A stretch of DNA of 64,000 nucleotides from Rhynchopus sp. YZ270_cl-10 (GCA_964035575.1 OZ037839.1:1612001-1676000), one strand, 5' to 3'. Shown: positions 39,126 through 50,782, counted from the first letter of the stretch. Notes: a model not told the origin generated them from the letters alone. A program made the numbers and translations.

Positions 39126-40670
39126 ATGGAACTGTGTGTGCAGGGATATGATGATGAAACCAAATTCGTGATTGAGGTGGGTGAGAAGGACACAACGGAG
39201 ACGATGCGGCAGAAGGTGGCGTCTGCAACAGGGTTGTGCGAAGACAGCTTCCGCATGGGCTTCGGAGGGAAGGAGGAAGGAGAGGACATCACAGAACTGA
39301 GTGCTGGAGACACAGTCGTGTTGACGAAAACTACTAAGTACGCATCTCTTGAAGCACTTCGTGCCTTGGGTGAGACAGACATTTCCGAAGCGAGGTTGGC
39401 GACTGTGAGGGATCCTGAGGTGGCTTCTCTGCTTCTTCAGGCGGAGGTTGCGACTGTTATTCCGAACTACTTCTTGGCGCAAGCATCGTTTACGAGACTT
39501 GATCTCTCTGCTGTGTCTGGTGTGACGCGAATTGAGCAAGGCTTCCTCTACAGGTGTGCGTCGGTGGAAACCGTTGACTTGTCGGGATTGTGCAACGTTA
39601 CGCACATCTGGTGTAACTTTCTCTCTGAATGCACATCGTTGACAAGCCTTGACGTGTCAGGGGTCACTGGTGTGACGGTGATGGGGACCTCCTTCCTCAA
39701 AGGAAGTGGCGTCACAAATCTTGACTTATCGGAGATGACGAGTGTGACGAAGGTTGGTGACTACTTCCTGTACCACTGCGTGTCGTTGGAAAGTCTTGAC
39801 ATCTCAGGATGGCGCAGAGTCACGCACATTCAGAACAACTTCCTCGAGAAATGCACCTCGTTGGCAACCATTGATTTATCAGCTTTTTGCAGTGTCACGA
39901 AGATCGGCACCTATTTTCTCTTCAACTGCTCGTCGTTGACCACCATCAGCTTTTCAGGGATGACGAATGTGACGGACATTGGGAACGGCTTTTGTTCGTC
40001 CTGCAAGTCGTTGGAAGCGATTGACTTGACAGCACTGCACAGGGTTGTGAAGGTGGGTTACGGCTTTCTTTGGAGGTGCACCTCGCTGGGAAGTATCGAC
40101 CTTTCAGCTTTCGGCAGTGTCGCAGTCATGGGTTCCGCGTTTCTTAGTCACTGTTCATCATTGAAAACAGTTGATTTATCAGTGTTGTGCAGCATAACAC
40201 ATATTGAGCGCGGCTGGACGCAAGAGTGCTCCGCGTTGACAACAGCAGACTTATCAGGAATGAGCAATGTTACGCAGATAAATGCAGATTTCCTGCGAGA
40301 GTGCATATCCTTGACTACGCTGGACATGTCAGGTTTTGGCAGGGACACAGTGATCCAGGACGACTTCCTGCTCAACTGCAACGCACTCACAACAGTCGTC
40401 TTGCCAGGCAACATCGACATTGACGAGATGTTGTCTCTCCCGAATGGAGACCCTAGAATGAGCACCTACAAGGAGGCCTTCTATGTACGTGTGCGTGAGA
40501 TTTACGCAAGGTTTACGGAACAGTTCGAAGATGTGCGGATAGAAGCTTTTGAGGTAGTACGAACAGACGTGTCTGGAAGTGCAAGACAATGTATTGCATT
40601 GAAAGCAGGACAACAACGAGAGAAGGGTTTGATGCAAGCAGAAGAGGAGGACAAGCAGGAGGATTTGTAG
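39126..40670 (+). CDS. Ubl + LRR protein, copy C (13 LRRs, 514 aa)
   Basis: Same start context and domain order as copy B, with the full 13-repeat array and an acidic helical tail. Confidence 0.85.
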   Translation: MELCVQGYDDETKFVIEVGEKDTTETMRQKVASATGLCEDSFRMGFGGKEEGEDITELSAGDTVVLTKTTKYASLEALRALGETDISEARLATVRDPEVASLLLQAEVATVIPNYFLAQASFTRLDLSAVSGVTRIEQGFLYRCASVETVDLSGLCNVTHIWCNFLSECTSLTSLDVSGVTGVTVMGTSFLKGSGVTNLDLSEMTSVTKVGDYFLYHCVSLESLDISGWRRVTHIQNNFLEKCTSLATIDLSAFCSVTKIGTYFLFNCSSLTTISFSGMTNVTDIGNGFCSSCKSLEAIDLTALHRVVKVGYGFLWRCTSLGSIDLSAFGSVAVMGSAFLSHCSSLKTVDLSVLCSITHIERGWTQECSALTTADLSGMSNVTQINADFLRECISLTTLDMSGFGRDTVIQDDFLLNCNALTTVVLPGNIDIDEMLSLPNGDPRMSTYKEAFYVRVREIYARFTEQFEDVRIEAFEVVRTDVSGSARQCIALKAGQQREKGLMQAEEEDKQEDL

Positions 40671-40909
40671 ACAGCAGGATTGGGTTTGGGGCAGGACAAG
40701 CAGGAGCAGGGCAACACAACGTTGCACTTCAGCTGCTACTTTATAATAAAAAAGTGGAGCACACTCTAAGGTGGCTGCACTAATACAACCAAGTTTGCAA
40801 GAAGGAGAAAACATTTCAAGGAAACTCAAGAGCACCACCCACCCACCCACCCGCGCTGTTTGCACTTTGAACCTCTGAGGCGGCACATGTGGAAGCGACA
40901 TCTCACACC

Positions 40910-41170
40910 ACGAAGGTGACGGAAATCGGGAGCTGCTTTTGTAGGGCCTGCACCTCGTTGGAAACGATTGACTTGTCAGCACTGCACAGGGTTGTGAAGG
41001 CAGGTAACGACTTTCTTTGGAGGTGCACCTCGCTGGGAAGTATTGACCTTTCAGCTTTCGGCAGTACCACAAGCGTTGGGTTCGGCTTTATTATTGACTG
41101 CTCATCACTGAAAACAGTTGATTTATCAGTGTTGCGCGGCCTCATAAACATTATCCACGTCTGGATGAGA
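40910..41170 (+). pseudogene. Internal LRR fragment D (repeats 8-11)
   Basis: VTEIGSCFCRACTSLETIDLS...LKTVDLSVL is homologous to the paralogues and has unrelated sequence on both sides. Confidence 0.75.
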
Positions 41171-42035
41171 TCCTCCACTCAGCGGAGGATATTTCCTTCA
41201 GGGGTGTTTTATTTTTTTTTTGGGGGGGGCGTTTTTAAAACCAGGGTATTAGGGTGCAATCCAAATGAACAAGATAAAACAAAAAAGCTTGCGTTTCTTT
41301 TATCGAACAGATTTTATTCTCCGACCCGTACCCAAAACGTAAACACCACTTTGAATCAGAAATAATATTTTCTTTTCTTTTTTCTTCCACACGCGCTTGG
41401 TTTTTGTGTTTCATTAATTATTATCAAAAAGCTTTCGACGCAAAACGTTTCCCCATGTATTGCACGGGAAACAATATATATGACAAACAGGTGCAGGGTG
41501 GTTCCGTGCATATCATAGAACCCGGCACCTTGTGTGTCTTCCAAAAACCAAAAGCGTTGTGTGTGAAGTTTTGAAGGAAGGAAAAATAAAATTTTTTGAC
41601 AAAAACTGGGTTTTCTGGGTTTCTCTCCTGGGTGACGAAAACTAGTGTTTCTGGAGAAAACCTCCACCGTTGACGGACAGTCACCTGAACCTAGCCCCAC
41701 GTCTGCCAGCAACACCCACAGACAGAGCCTGATGCAGGAGGTGTGGGTGTGGCATCAGTGGTTGAGGTGCCACCATTGTCCGAGGGGCTCTTCACACTCG
41801 TCAAGGGGGACGGGACGTCGCATCTCGTTGAGTTGTGTTGTTGATGGTGGGGTGGAGGGGAAGGGGCAGTACTATGTTCTTGTCTCGCAGGGAGATGGTC
41901 ACCGTTTATCTCACGGTAGTCTCAAAGCGTTGTTTCCCTTTGGTTCAATCCTGATTAGTGAGGGCGTAGTGTGATCTGGTGCAACTTTCTCACCCTTTAT
42001 TTGTGTACATTTTCAGGAGAACTCACAACACAACA

Positions 42036-44399
42036 ATGATGAAGTTGGTCGCAACTGTGAAGAAATTGTTCAAAGCAGGTGCGGATGTACGTGACACAGA
42101 TGCGCAAGGAAACACGTGTCTTATCCGTGCAGCGTATCAGGGACACACCGATACTGTGCGCTATCTTGTTAGCTTGCCGGAGGTGGACCTGAATCACGAA
42201 GGCAGCTACAACTACACTGCGTTGCACTTTGCTGTGGACAGAAAACATGCAGACGTGGTGCAGGTGCTCATTGATGCAGGGGCAGACATTGACACAAAGA
42301 ATGATAAAGGACGCTCGCCTCTGCACTTTGCTAGCTTTTCAGGAGAAGTCACGAATATGAAGATGTTGGTCGAGGCAGGTGCGGATGTACGTGCCACAGA
42401 CTACGATGGCAACACGTGTCTCATCCGTGCAGCGTATTTTGGACACACCGATGCTGTGCGCTATCTTCTGAGCTTGCCGGAGGTGGACCTGAATCACCAA
42501 GGCAGCCACAACTACACTGCGTTGCACCAGGCTGTACAGGAAAAACATGTAGACGTGGTGCAGGTGCTCATTGATGCAGGGGCAGACACTGAGACAAGGA
42601 ATGATGAAGGACACTCGCCTCTGCACTTGGCTAGCTTTTCAGGAGAACTCACAACTGTGAAGATGTTGGTCGAGGCAGGTGCGGATGTGCGTGTCACAGA
42701 AGCCGAAGGAAACACGTGTCTCATCCGTGCAGCGTATCAGGGACACACCGATACTGTGCGTTATCTTGTTAGCTTGCCGGAGGTGGACCTGAATCACCAA
42801 GGCAGCTACAACTACACTGCGTTGCACCATGCTGTACAGGAAAAACATGCAGACGTGGTGCAGGTGCTCATTGATGCAGGGGCAGACATTGAGACAAAGA
42901 ATGATGACGGACGCTCGCCTCTGCATGTGGCTAGCTTTTCAGGAGAACTCACAACTGTGAAGATGTTGGTCAAAGCAGGTGCGGATGTACGTGCCACAGA
43001 CGCCGAAGGAAACACGTGTCTTATCCTTGCAGCGTGTTGTGGACACACCGATACTGTGCGCTATCTTGTTAGCTTGCCGGAGGTGGACCTGAATCACGAA
43101 GGCAACAGGAACAGCACTGCGTTGCACCATGCTGTACGGGAAAAACATGCCGACGTGGTGCAGGTGCTCATTGATGCAGGGGCAGACATTGACACAAAGA
43201 ATGATGACGGACGCTCGCCTCTGCACGTGGCTAGCTTTTCAGGAGAACTCACAACTGTGAAAATGTTGGTCGAGGCAGGTGCGGATGTACGTGCCACAGA
43301 CGCCGAAGGAAACACGTGTCTCATCCGTGCAGCGTATTTTGGACACACCGATGCTGTGCGCTATCTTGTGAGCTTGCTGGAGATGGCCCTGAATCACGAA
43401 GGCAGCAGGAACAGCACTGCGTTGCACCGTGCTGTGGTAAGAAATCATGCAGACGTGGTGCAGGTGCTCATTGATGCAGGGGCAGACACTGAGACATGGA
43501 ATGATGAAGGACACTCGCCTCTGCACTTGGCTAGCTTTTCAGGAGAACTCACAACTGTGAAGATATTGGTCGAGGCAGGTGCGGATGTACGTGCCACAGA
43601 CGCCGAAGGAAACACGTGTCTTATCCGTGCAGCGTATCAGGGACACACCGATACTGTGCGCTATCTTGTTAGCTTGCCGGAGGTGGACCTGAAGCACCAA
43701 GGCAGCAGGAACAGCACTGCGTTGCACTTTGCCGTACAGGAAAAACATGCAGACGTGGTGCAGGTGCTCATTGATGCAGGGGCAGACATTGAGACAAGGA
43801 ATGATGACGGGCACTCGCCTCTGCACGTGGCTAGCATTTTAGGAGAACTCACAACTGTGAAGATGTTGGTCAAAGCAGGTGCGGATGTACGTGCCACAGA
43901 CACCAGAAGAGACACGTGTCTTCTCCTTGCAGCGTGTCATGGACACATCGATACTGTGCGCTATCTCGTTAGCTTGCCGGAGGTGGACCTGAAGCACGAA
44001 GGCAGCTACAACCACACTGCGTTGCACTTTGCTGTGGACAGAAAACATGCAGACGTGGTGCAGGTGCTCATTGATGCAGGGGCAGACACTGAGACATGGA
44101 ATGATGAAGGACACTCGCCTCTGCACTTGGCTAGCTTTTCAGGAGAACTCACAACTGTGAAGATATTGGTCGAGGCAGGTGCGGATGTACGTGCCACAGA
44201 CGCCGAAGGAAACACGTGTCTTATCCGTGCAGCGTATCAGGGACACACCGATACTGTGCGCTATCTTGTTAGCTTGCCGGAGGTGGACCTGAAGCACGAA
44301 GGCAGCTACAACCACACTGCGTTGCACTTTGCTGTGGACAGAAAACATGCAGACGTGGTGCAGGTGCTCATTGATGCAGGGGCAGACACTGAGCGTTAG
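42036..44399 (+). CDS. Ankyrin-repeat protein, ~8 x 100-aa units of 3 ANK repeats each, 3' end truncated
   Basis: GNTCLIRAA / TALHxAV / SPLHxAS ankyrin motifs with an exact 300-nt period. The ORF stops mid-unit (ADTER*), where unrelated sequence starts at ~44394. Confidence 0.85.
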   Translation: MMKLVATVKKLFKAGADVRDTDAQGNTCLIRAAYQGHTDTVRYLVSLPEVDLNHEGSYNYTALHFAVDRKHADVVQVLIDAGADIDTKNDKGRSPLHFASFSGEVTNMKMLVEAGADVRATDYDGNTCLIRAAYFGHTDAVRYLLSLPEVDLNHQGSHNYTALHQAVQEKHVDVVQVLIDAGADTETRNDEGHSPLHLASFSGELTTVKMLVEAGADVRVTEAEGNTCLIRAAYQGHTDTVRYLVSLPEVDLNHQGSYNYTALHHAVQEKHADVVQVLIDAGADIETKNDDGRSPLHVASFSGELTTVKMLVKAGADVRATDAEGNTCLILAACCGHTDTVRYLVSLPEVDLNHEGNRNSTALHHAVREKHADVVQVLIDAGADIDTKNDDGRSPLHVASFSGELTTVKMLVEAGADVRATDAEGNTCLIRAAYFGHTDAVRYLVSLLEMALNHEGSRNSTALHRAVVRNHADVVQVLIDAGADTETWNDEGHSPLHLASFSGELTTVKILVEAGADVRATDAEGNTCLIRAAYQGHTDTVRYLVSLPEVDLKHQGSRNSTALHFAVQEKHADVVQVLIDAGADIETRNDDGHSPLHVASILGELTTVKMLVKAGADVRATDTRRDTCLLLAACHGHIDTVRYLVSLPEVDLKHEGSYNHTALHFAVDRKHADVVQVLIDAGADTETWNDEGHSPLHLASFSGELTTVKILVEAGADVRATDAEGNTCLIRAAYQGHTDTVRYLVSLPEVDLKHEGSYNHTALHFAVDRKHADVVQVLIDAGADTER

Positions 44400-44665
44400 A
44401 ACAATGCCGGACATTCTCCTTAAGTTGCGCCATTCTTGTGTGCAGCTTCGTTGGAGTTGTCTTTTCATTCCTGTAAACTGAGTTTCCTTTAGGATCCCTT
44501 CAGGAGCATGCCTACCTACCTTTACGGTCGACAATGCATTGTTCCGCATGGTGCTGCTGTTGGATGCAGACAGAATGAGAGTTTTTGATTAAGTCGAGAA
44601 AGGCAAAAGGTCCGCCCCCCATTGCCCCTGCCGCTACTGCGCTCCTGGAGCGCTACTTAGTTTGC

Positions 44666-44780
44666 TGCAAGCACAAGAGGACAAAAAAGAGGAACAAAAA
44701 GAGGATTTGGAGAGTTGGGGGCAGCATAAACAGGAGCAGGACAAGCTGGATGAACAGAGGGGTTTGGGGGGTTTGGTGTT
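44666..44780 (+). pseudogene. Orphan 3' tail of an Ubl-LRR copy
   Basis: QAQEDKKEEQKEDLESWGQHKQEQDKLDEQRGLG is nearly identical to the tail of copy A. Confidence 0.7.
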
Positions 44781-45046
44781 TTGTGTGAACACTTCGCTGA
44801 ACCTATTGAACTGCATTTTTGGATTCACTTTTGAGCTGGGGTGGAATATTTGGCAGGTTTGGTGCACAACTCTGACAAGACGGAGTGTCCCACCACTTTT
44901 TGTGAAAAACGTGTCAGTCCAGGGTCTTTTCTACCACACATAGTTAAGTGAAAAACAAACAAGAAAGCTATTTTGTTGTATCTTGCCTCCCCTCCTCCTC
45001 CTTCTCAACACTTTCCCCACAACAGAGCAACACTTCACTCGAAACA

Positions 45047-46402
45047 ATGGAACTGTGTGTGCAGGGATATGATGATGAAACCAAATTCGTGATTGAGGTG
45101 GGTGAGAAGGACACAACGGAGACGATGCGGCAGAAGGTGGCGTCTGCAACAGGGTTGTGCGAAGACAGCTTCCGCATGGGCTTCGGAGGGAAGGAGGAAG
45201 GAGAGGACATCACAGAACTGAGTGCTGGAGACACAGTCGTGTTGACGAAAACTACTAAGTACCTATCTGTTGAGGAACTTCGTGCCTTGGGTGAGACAGA
45301 CATTTCCGAAGCGAGGTTGGCGACTGTGAAGGATCCTGAGGTGGCTTCTCTGCTTCTTCAGGCGGAGGTTGCGACTGTTATTCCGACCTCGTTCTTGATC
45401 GAAGCATCGTTTACGAGACTTGATCTCTCTGCTGTGTCTGGTGTGACGCGAATTGAGCAAGGCTTCCTCTACGGGTGTGCGTCGGTGGAAACCGTTGACT
45501 TGTCGGGATTGTGCAACGTTACGCACATCGGGTGTAACTTTCTCTCTGAATGCACATCGTTGACAAGCCTTGACGTGTCAGGGTTCACTGGTGTGACGGT
45601 GATAGGGAACGCGTTCCTCCATGAAAGTGGCGTCACAGCGCTTGACTTATCCGCGATGACGAGCGTGACGAAGGTTGGTGACTACTTCCTGTACCACTGC
45701 GTGTCGTTGCAAAGTCTTGACATCTCAGGATGGCGCAGAGTCACGCACATTCAGAACAACTTCCTCGAGAAATGCACCTCGTTGGCAACGATTGATTTAT
45801 CAGCTTTTTGCAGTGTCACGAAGATCGGCACCGCCTTTCTCTTCAACTGCAAGTCGTTGACCACCATCAGCTTTTCAGGGATGACGAATGTGACGGACAT
45901 TGGGCACAGCTTTTGTAGGATCTGCACCTCGTTGGAAACGATTGACTTATCTGCACTGCACAGGGTTGTGAAGGTGGGTTTCGGCTTTCTTTGGAGGTGC
46001 ACCTCGCTGGGAAGTGTCGACCTTTCAGCTTTCGGCAGCGCCACACACGTTGGCCACGGCTTTCTTAGTCACTGTTCATCATTGAAAACAGTTGATTTAT
46101 CAGTGTTGCGCACCATCAAGCGCATTGAGCCAAGCTGGATACAAGGGTGCTCCGCGTTGACAACAGCAGACTTATCAGGACTGAGCAATGTTCAGCAGAT
46201 TGGTGAACATTTCCTGCAAGGGTGCACATCGTTGACCACGCTGGACATATCAGGTATAGGGGAGACGATGATCGGCGACGACTTCCTGCGCAACTTACCT
46301 AGCAACATCGACATTCGCGAGACGTCAAAAGAGGACCACAGCATGCTGCAGCGTGCCCCTGTACCCATGTGTGTGTGCGTGTTATGTGAGCGCAAGGGGT
46401 AG
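45047..46402 (+). CDS. Ubl + LRR protein, copy E (451 aa, degenerate C-terminus)
   Basis: Same start context and LRRs 1-12 intact. The last repeat and tail are diverged or frameshifted (the ARQCIALKAG motif reappears out of frame at ~46440). Confidence 0.7.
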   Translation: MELCVQGYDDETKFVIEVGEKDTTETMRQKVASATGLCEDSFRMGFGGKEEGEDITELSAGDTVVLTKTTKYLSVEELRALGETDISEARLATVKDPEVASLLLQAEVATVIPTSFLIEASFTRLDLSAVSGVTRIEQGFLYGCASVETVDLSGLCNVTHIGCNFLSECTSLTSLDVSGFTGVTVIGNAFLHESGVTALDLSAMTSVTKVGDYFLYHCVSLQSLDISGWRRVTHIQNNFLEKCTSLATIDLSAFCSVTKIGTAFLFNCKSLTTISFSGMTNVTDIGHSFCRICTSLETIDLSALHRVVKVGFGFLWRCTSLGSVDLSAFGSATHVGHGFLSHCSSLKTVDLSVLRTIKRIEPSWIQGCSALTTADLSGLSNVQQIGEHFLQGCTSLTTLDISGIGETMIGDDFLRNLPSNIDIRETSKEDHSMLQRAPVPMCVCVLCERKG

Positions 46403-47100
46403 AACCCTTTCAGGCAGCACGACAAGACGTGTCTGGAGATGCAAGACAATGTATTGCATTGAAAGCAGGACAAGAAGGAGAAGGGATTGATGCAAGCACA
46501 AGAGGGCGACTACAAAAAAGCTGCTTCAGAGGGTATTGTGCAGGACAAACAGGACCTGGACGAGCAGGACAAGCAGGAGGATTAGGAGGATATGGTGCGG
46601 GGCAAACAGGAGCAGGACGAACGGGTTTGGTGCAGGACTGAGAGGAGCTGGGCAGGCAGGAGTATTTGGAGGGATTGGTTAGCAGAAGGCATTTCATGAG
46701 CATTTGGAGGGTTTGGTGATTTGTGTGAAGAACACTTCGGTGAAAATATGGAACTCTATTTTTGGATACACCTGTGAGCTCTTGGGGGTAGGGGAATCGA
46801 AGCAACGCGTATGACGTGGGTACGTACCAACTAAACAATAACGGGGTGAAGAACGGGATTTTTATTGCTCTCTTTTTGTGAGAAGGCTGCAAAACTAACC
46901 AAAATATAATTTGTTCAGCCTTTTCGATTGATTTTATTTTTATTAGGACAAATACTTTGTGGTAAATGATTAAAACATCTGAGACTTGTCGTTTATTCCC
47001 TTACCCTATTATTGTGCACTCACCTCATTTCTGTACTTCAGGCTAAGGGTTTTTCCCCTTTTGACATCCTTTTCTGGACGTTGTGGGGGTACAAAAAAAA

Positions 47101-47175
47101 ACGCGAAGCAACGCGAAGCAACGCGAAGCAACGCGAAGCAACGCGAAGCAACGCGAAGCAACGCGAAGCAACGCG
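47101..47175. repeat. (ACGCGAAGCA)n, ~7 copies
   Basis: 10-bp period directly after an A-run. Confidence 0.9.
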
Positions 47176-47579
47176 TATGACGTGGGTAGCGTACCCACTG
47201 CACAAAAGACGAGAAGGGGTTTATATATTTGTGTTCCTGTCTATCTGATACACAAACAGGATGTGGCCGATATTTGTTTGGATTGGTAGCTTTCCGTATA
47301 CACTGCTGCCAAGCCTCTGTAGGTGCATATCCTGTGAGACAGAGATTCTGAGAGAAAGGGAAAGGAAGAATAAAGCGTTTGTATTTTGTGTATTCCGTAA
47401 CCAAAAAAAACTGAAGTAGAAGGTACCAAATGTTCACACGAACATCAATTTGACGACAATTCACCCACCATCTAAAGGGAAATCACTGAAGATGTCCACT
47501 TTCATTTTGTTGTATCTTGCCCCCCTCCTCCTCCTTCTCAACACTTACCCCACAACAGAGCAACACTTCACTCGAAACA

Positions 47580-49109
47580 ATGGAACTGTGTGTGCAGGGA
47601 TATGATGATGAAACCAAATTCGTGATTGAGGTGGGTGAGAACGACACAACGGAGACGATGCGGCAGAAGGTGGCGTCTGCAACAGGGTTGTGCGAAGACA
47701 GCTTCCGCATGGGCTTCGGAGGGAAGGAGGAAGGAGAGGACATCACAGAACTGAGTGCTGGAGACACAGTCGTGTTGACGAAAACTACTAAGTACCTATC
47801 TGTTGAGCAACTTCGTGCCTTGGGTGAGACAGACATTTCCGAAGCGAGGTTGGCGACTGTGACGGATCCTGAGGTGGCTTCTCTGCTTCTTCAGGCGGAG
47901 GTTGCGACTGTTATTCCGTACGAGTTCTTGAGCAGATCATCGTTTACGAGACTTGATTTCTCTGCTGTGTCTGGTGTGACGCGAATTGAGGACCGCTTCC
48001 TCTACGGGTGTGCGTCGGTGGAAACCGTTGACTTGTCGGGATTGTGCAATGTTACGCATATTGGGGATGAGTGTCTCTCTCACTGTACATCGTTGAGAAG
48101 CCTTGACGTGTCAGGGTTTACTGGTGTGACGGTGATCGGGAAGGCGTTCCTCCAAGGAAGTGGCGTTACAAAGCTTGACTTATCCGCGATGATGAGTGTG
48201 ACGAAGGTTGGTAGAAGCTTTCTTTTCCAGTGCAAATCGTTGGATAGTCTTGACATCTCAGGATGGCGCAGAGTCACGCACATTGAGAACGGCTTCCTCA
48301 CGAACTGCACCTCGTTGGCAACCATTGATTTATCAGCTTTTTGCAGTGTCACGAAGATCGACTCACAATTTCTCTTGAACTGCTCGTCGTTGACCACCAT
48401 CAGCTTTTCAGGGATGACCAATGTGACGGAAATCGGGAACGAATTTTGTACGGACTGCACCTCGTTGGAAACGATTGACTTGACAGCACTGCACAGGGTT
48501 GTGAAGGTGGGGGACGACTTTCTTTGGGGCTGCACCTCGCTGGGAAGTATCGACCTCTCAGCTTTTGGGAGTACCACAGGCGTTGGGCACAGCTTTCTTT
48601 TTCAGTGTTCATCATTAACAACAGTTGATTTATCAGTGTTGCGCAGCATCACACACATTGAGCCAAGGTGGGTGGAAGGGTGCTCCGCGTTGACAACAGC
48701 AGACTTATCAGGAATGAGCAATGTTCAGCAGATTGATGACCATTTCCTGCAAGGGTGCACATCCTTGACCACGTTGGACATGTCAGGTTTTGGCAGGAAC
48801 ACAGAGATACAACACTACTTCCTGCACAACTGCAACGCACTCACAACAGTCATCTTGCCAGGCAACATCGACATTGACGACATCTCCATCCCGTATGAAT
48901 CTGGTTTTGCCAGAAGCGAGGCCTTCTACGAACGTGTGCATGAGATTTACGCAAGGTTTACGGAAGACTTCGAAGATGTGCGGATAGAAGCTTTTGAGGC
49001 AGTACGAACAGACGTGTCTGGAAGTGCAAGACAATGTATTGCATTGAAAGCAGGACATAGATTTGCTGGTGTGCGTTGTGTTTGTGATGCTACTTTGGGG
49101 GTTCTTTGA
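47580..49109 (+). CDS. Ubl + LRR protein, copy F (13 LRRs, 509 aa)
   Basis: Same start context, Ubl domain, 13 repeats and conserved tail up to RQCIALKAG. Confidence 0.85.
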   Translation: MELCVQGYDDETKFVIEVGENDTTETMRQKVASATGLCEDSFRMGFGGKEEGEDITELSAGDTVVLTKTTKYLSVEQLRALGETDISEARLATVTDPEVASLLLQAEVATVIPYEFLSRSSFTRLDFSAVSGVTRIEDRFLYGCASVETVDLSGLCNVTHIGDECLSHCTSLRSLDVSGFTGVTVIGKAFLQGSGVTKLDLSAMMSVTKVGRSFLFQCKSLDSLDISGWRRVTHIENGFLTNCTSLATIDLSAFCSVTKIDSQFLLNCSSLTTISFSGMTNVTEIGNEFCTDCTSLETIDLTALHRVVKVGDDFLWGCTSLGSIDLSAFGSTTGVGHSFLFQCSSLTTVDLSVLRSITHIEPRWVEGCSALTTADLSGMSNVQQIDDHFLQGCTSLTTLDMSGFGRNTEIQHYFLHNCNALTTVILPGNIDIDDISIPYESGFARSEAFYERVHEIYARFTEDFEDVRIEAFEAVRTDVSGSARQCIALKAGHRFAGVRCVCDATLGVL

Positions 49110-49300
49110 GAGAGTTAGTGTTCACCCTTTTTCAAGCTTTTGTGCGTCTATTTTCCTTTTCACGTTTTGCAGTCTTTTGAGCAACAAATAAGAGTAACGA
49201 GTCTCTCGAGCATGTTATCCCCCCATTTTGTTGTATCTTGCCTCCCTCCTCCTCCTTCTCAACACTTACCCCACAACAGAGCAACACTTCACTCGAAACA

Positions 49301-50782
49301 ATGGAACTGTGTGTGCAGGGATATGATGATGAAACCAAATACGTGATTGAGGTGGGTGAGAAGGACACAACGGAGACGATGCGGCAGAAGGTGGCGTCTG
49401 CAACAGGGTTGTGCGAAGACAGCTTCCGCATGGGCTTCGGAGGGAAGGAGGAAGGAGAGGACATCACAGAACTGAGTGCTGGAGACACAGTCGTGTTGAC
49501 GAAAACTACTAAGTACCAATCTGTTGAGGAACTTCGTGCCTTGGGTGAGACAGACATTTCCGAAGCGAGGTTGGCGACTGTGGAGGATCCTGAGGTGGCT
49601 TCTCTGCTTCTTCAGGCGGAGGTTGCGACTGTTATTCCGAACTGGTTCTTGAGCGAAGCATCATTTACGAGACTTGATTTCTCTGCTGTGTCTGGTGTGA
49701 CGCGAATTGAGCAAGGCTTCCTCTACGGGTGTGCGTCGGTGGAAACCGTTGACTTGTCGGGATTGTGCAACGTTACGCACATTGGGGACAACTGTCTCTA
49801 TGAGTGCACATCGTTGACAAGTCTTGACGTGTCAGGGTTCACTGGTGTGACGGTGATAGGGAAGGCGTTCCTCCAAGGAAGTGGCGTTACAAATCTTGAC
49901 TTATCCGCGATGACGAGCGTGACGACGGTTGGTAGGGACTTTCTTGCCGACTGCAATTCGTTGGAAAGGATTGACATCTCAGGATGGCGCAGAGTCACGC
50001 ACATTGAGAACAACTTCCTGTCGAACTGCACCTCGTTGGCAACGATTGATTTATCAGCTTTTTGCAGTGTCACGAAGATCGGCTTCGAGTTTCTCTTCAA
50101 CTGCTCGTCGTTGACCACCATCAGCTTTTCAGGGATGAACAATGTGACGGACATTGGGAACAGCTTTTGTTGGGCCTGCACCTCGTTGGAAACGATTGAC
50201 TTGACAGCACTGCACAGGGTTGTGAAGGTGGGTTCTGGCATCGGGACCAACTTTCTTTTTGAGTGCTCATCATTGAAAACAGTTGATTTATCAGTGTTGC
50301 GCAATATCACACACATTGGGCCAGTCTGGATGGAAGGGTGTTCCTCGTTGACAACAGCAGACTTCTCAGGACTGAGCAATGTTACGCAGATTGAGAGTGG
50401 TTTCCTGAAAGATTGCACATCCTTGACTACGCTGGACATATCAGGTATAGGCAGGAACACAGAGATCCATCGCCGCTTCCTGATCAACTGCAACGCACTC
50501 ACAACAGTCGTCTTGCCAGGCAACATCGACATTGACGAGATGTTGTCTCTCCCGAATGGAGACCCTAGAATGAGCACCTACAAGGAGGCCTTCTATGTAC
50601 GTGTGCGTGAGATTTACGCAAGGTTTACAGAAAAGTTCGAAGATGTGCGGATAGAAGCTTTTGAGGCAGTACGAACAGACGTGTCTGGAGATGCAAGACA
50701 ATGTATTGCATTGAAAGCAGGACAAGAGAGAGGGAAAAAAAGAGGAACAAAAAGAGGATTTGGAGAGTTGGGGGCAGCATAA
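49301..50782 (+). CDS. Ubl + LRR protein, copy G (12 LRRs, 493 aa)
   Basis: Same architecture, with LRR9/10 fused (VVKVGSGIGTNFLFEC). Confidence 0.85.
   Translation: MELCVQGYDDETKYVIEVGEKDTTETMRQKVASATGLCEDSFRMGFGGKEEGEDITELSAGDTVVLTKTTKYQSVEELRALGETDISEARLATVEDPEVASLLLQAEVATVIPNWFLSEASFTRLDFSAVSGVTRIEQGFLYGCASVETVDLSGLCNVTHIGDNCLYECTSLTSLDVSGFTGVTVIGKAFLQGSGVTNLDLSAMTSVTTVGRDFLADCNSLERIDISGWRRVTHIENNFLSNCTSLATIDLSAFCSVTKIGFEFLFNCSSLTTISFSGMNNVTDIGNSFCWACTSLETIDLTALHRVVKVGSGIGTNFLFECSSLKTVDLSVLRNITHIGPVWMEGCSSLTTADFSGLSNVTQIESGFLKDCTSLTTLDISGIGRNTEIHRRFLINCNALTTVVLPGNIDIDEMLSLPNGDPRMSTYKEAFYVRVREIYARFTEKFEDVRIEAFEAVRTDVSGDARQCIALKAGQERGKKRGTKRGFGELGAA

Noticed and set aside
41171..41980. Possible transposon between LRR fragment D and the ankyrin gene
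   Set aside because: AT-rich with a small hairpin and a CTAGT, but no convincing paired termini or TSD were found.
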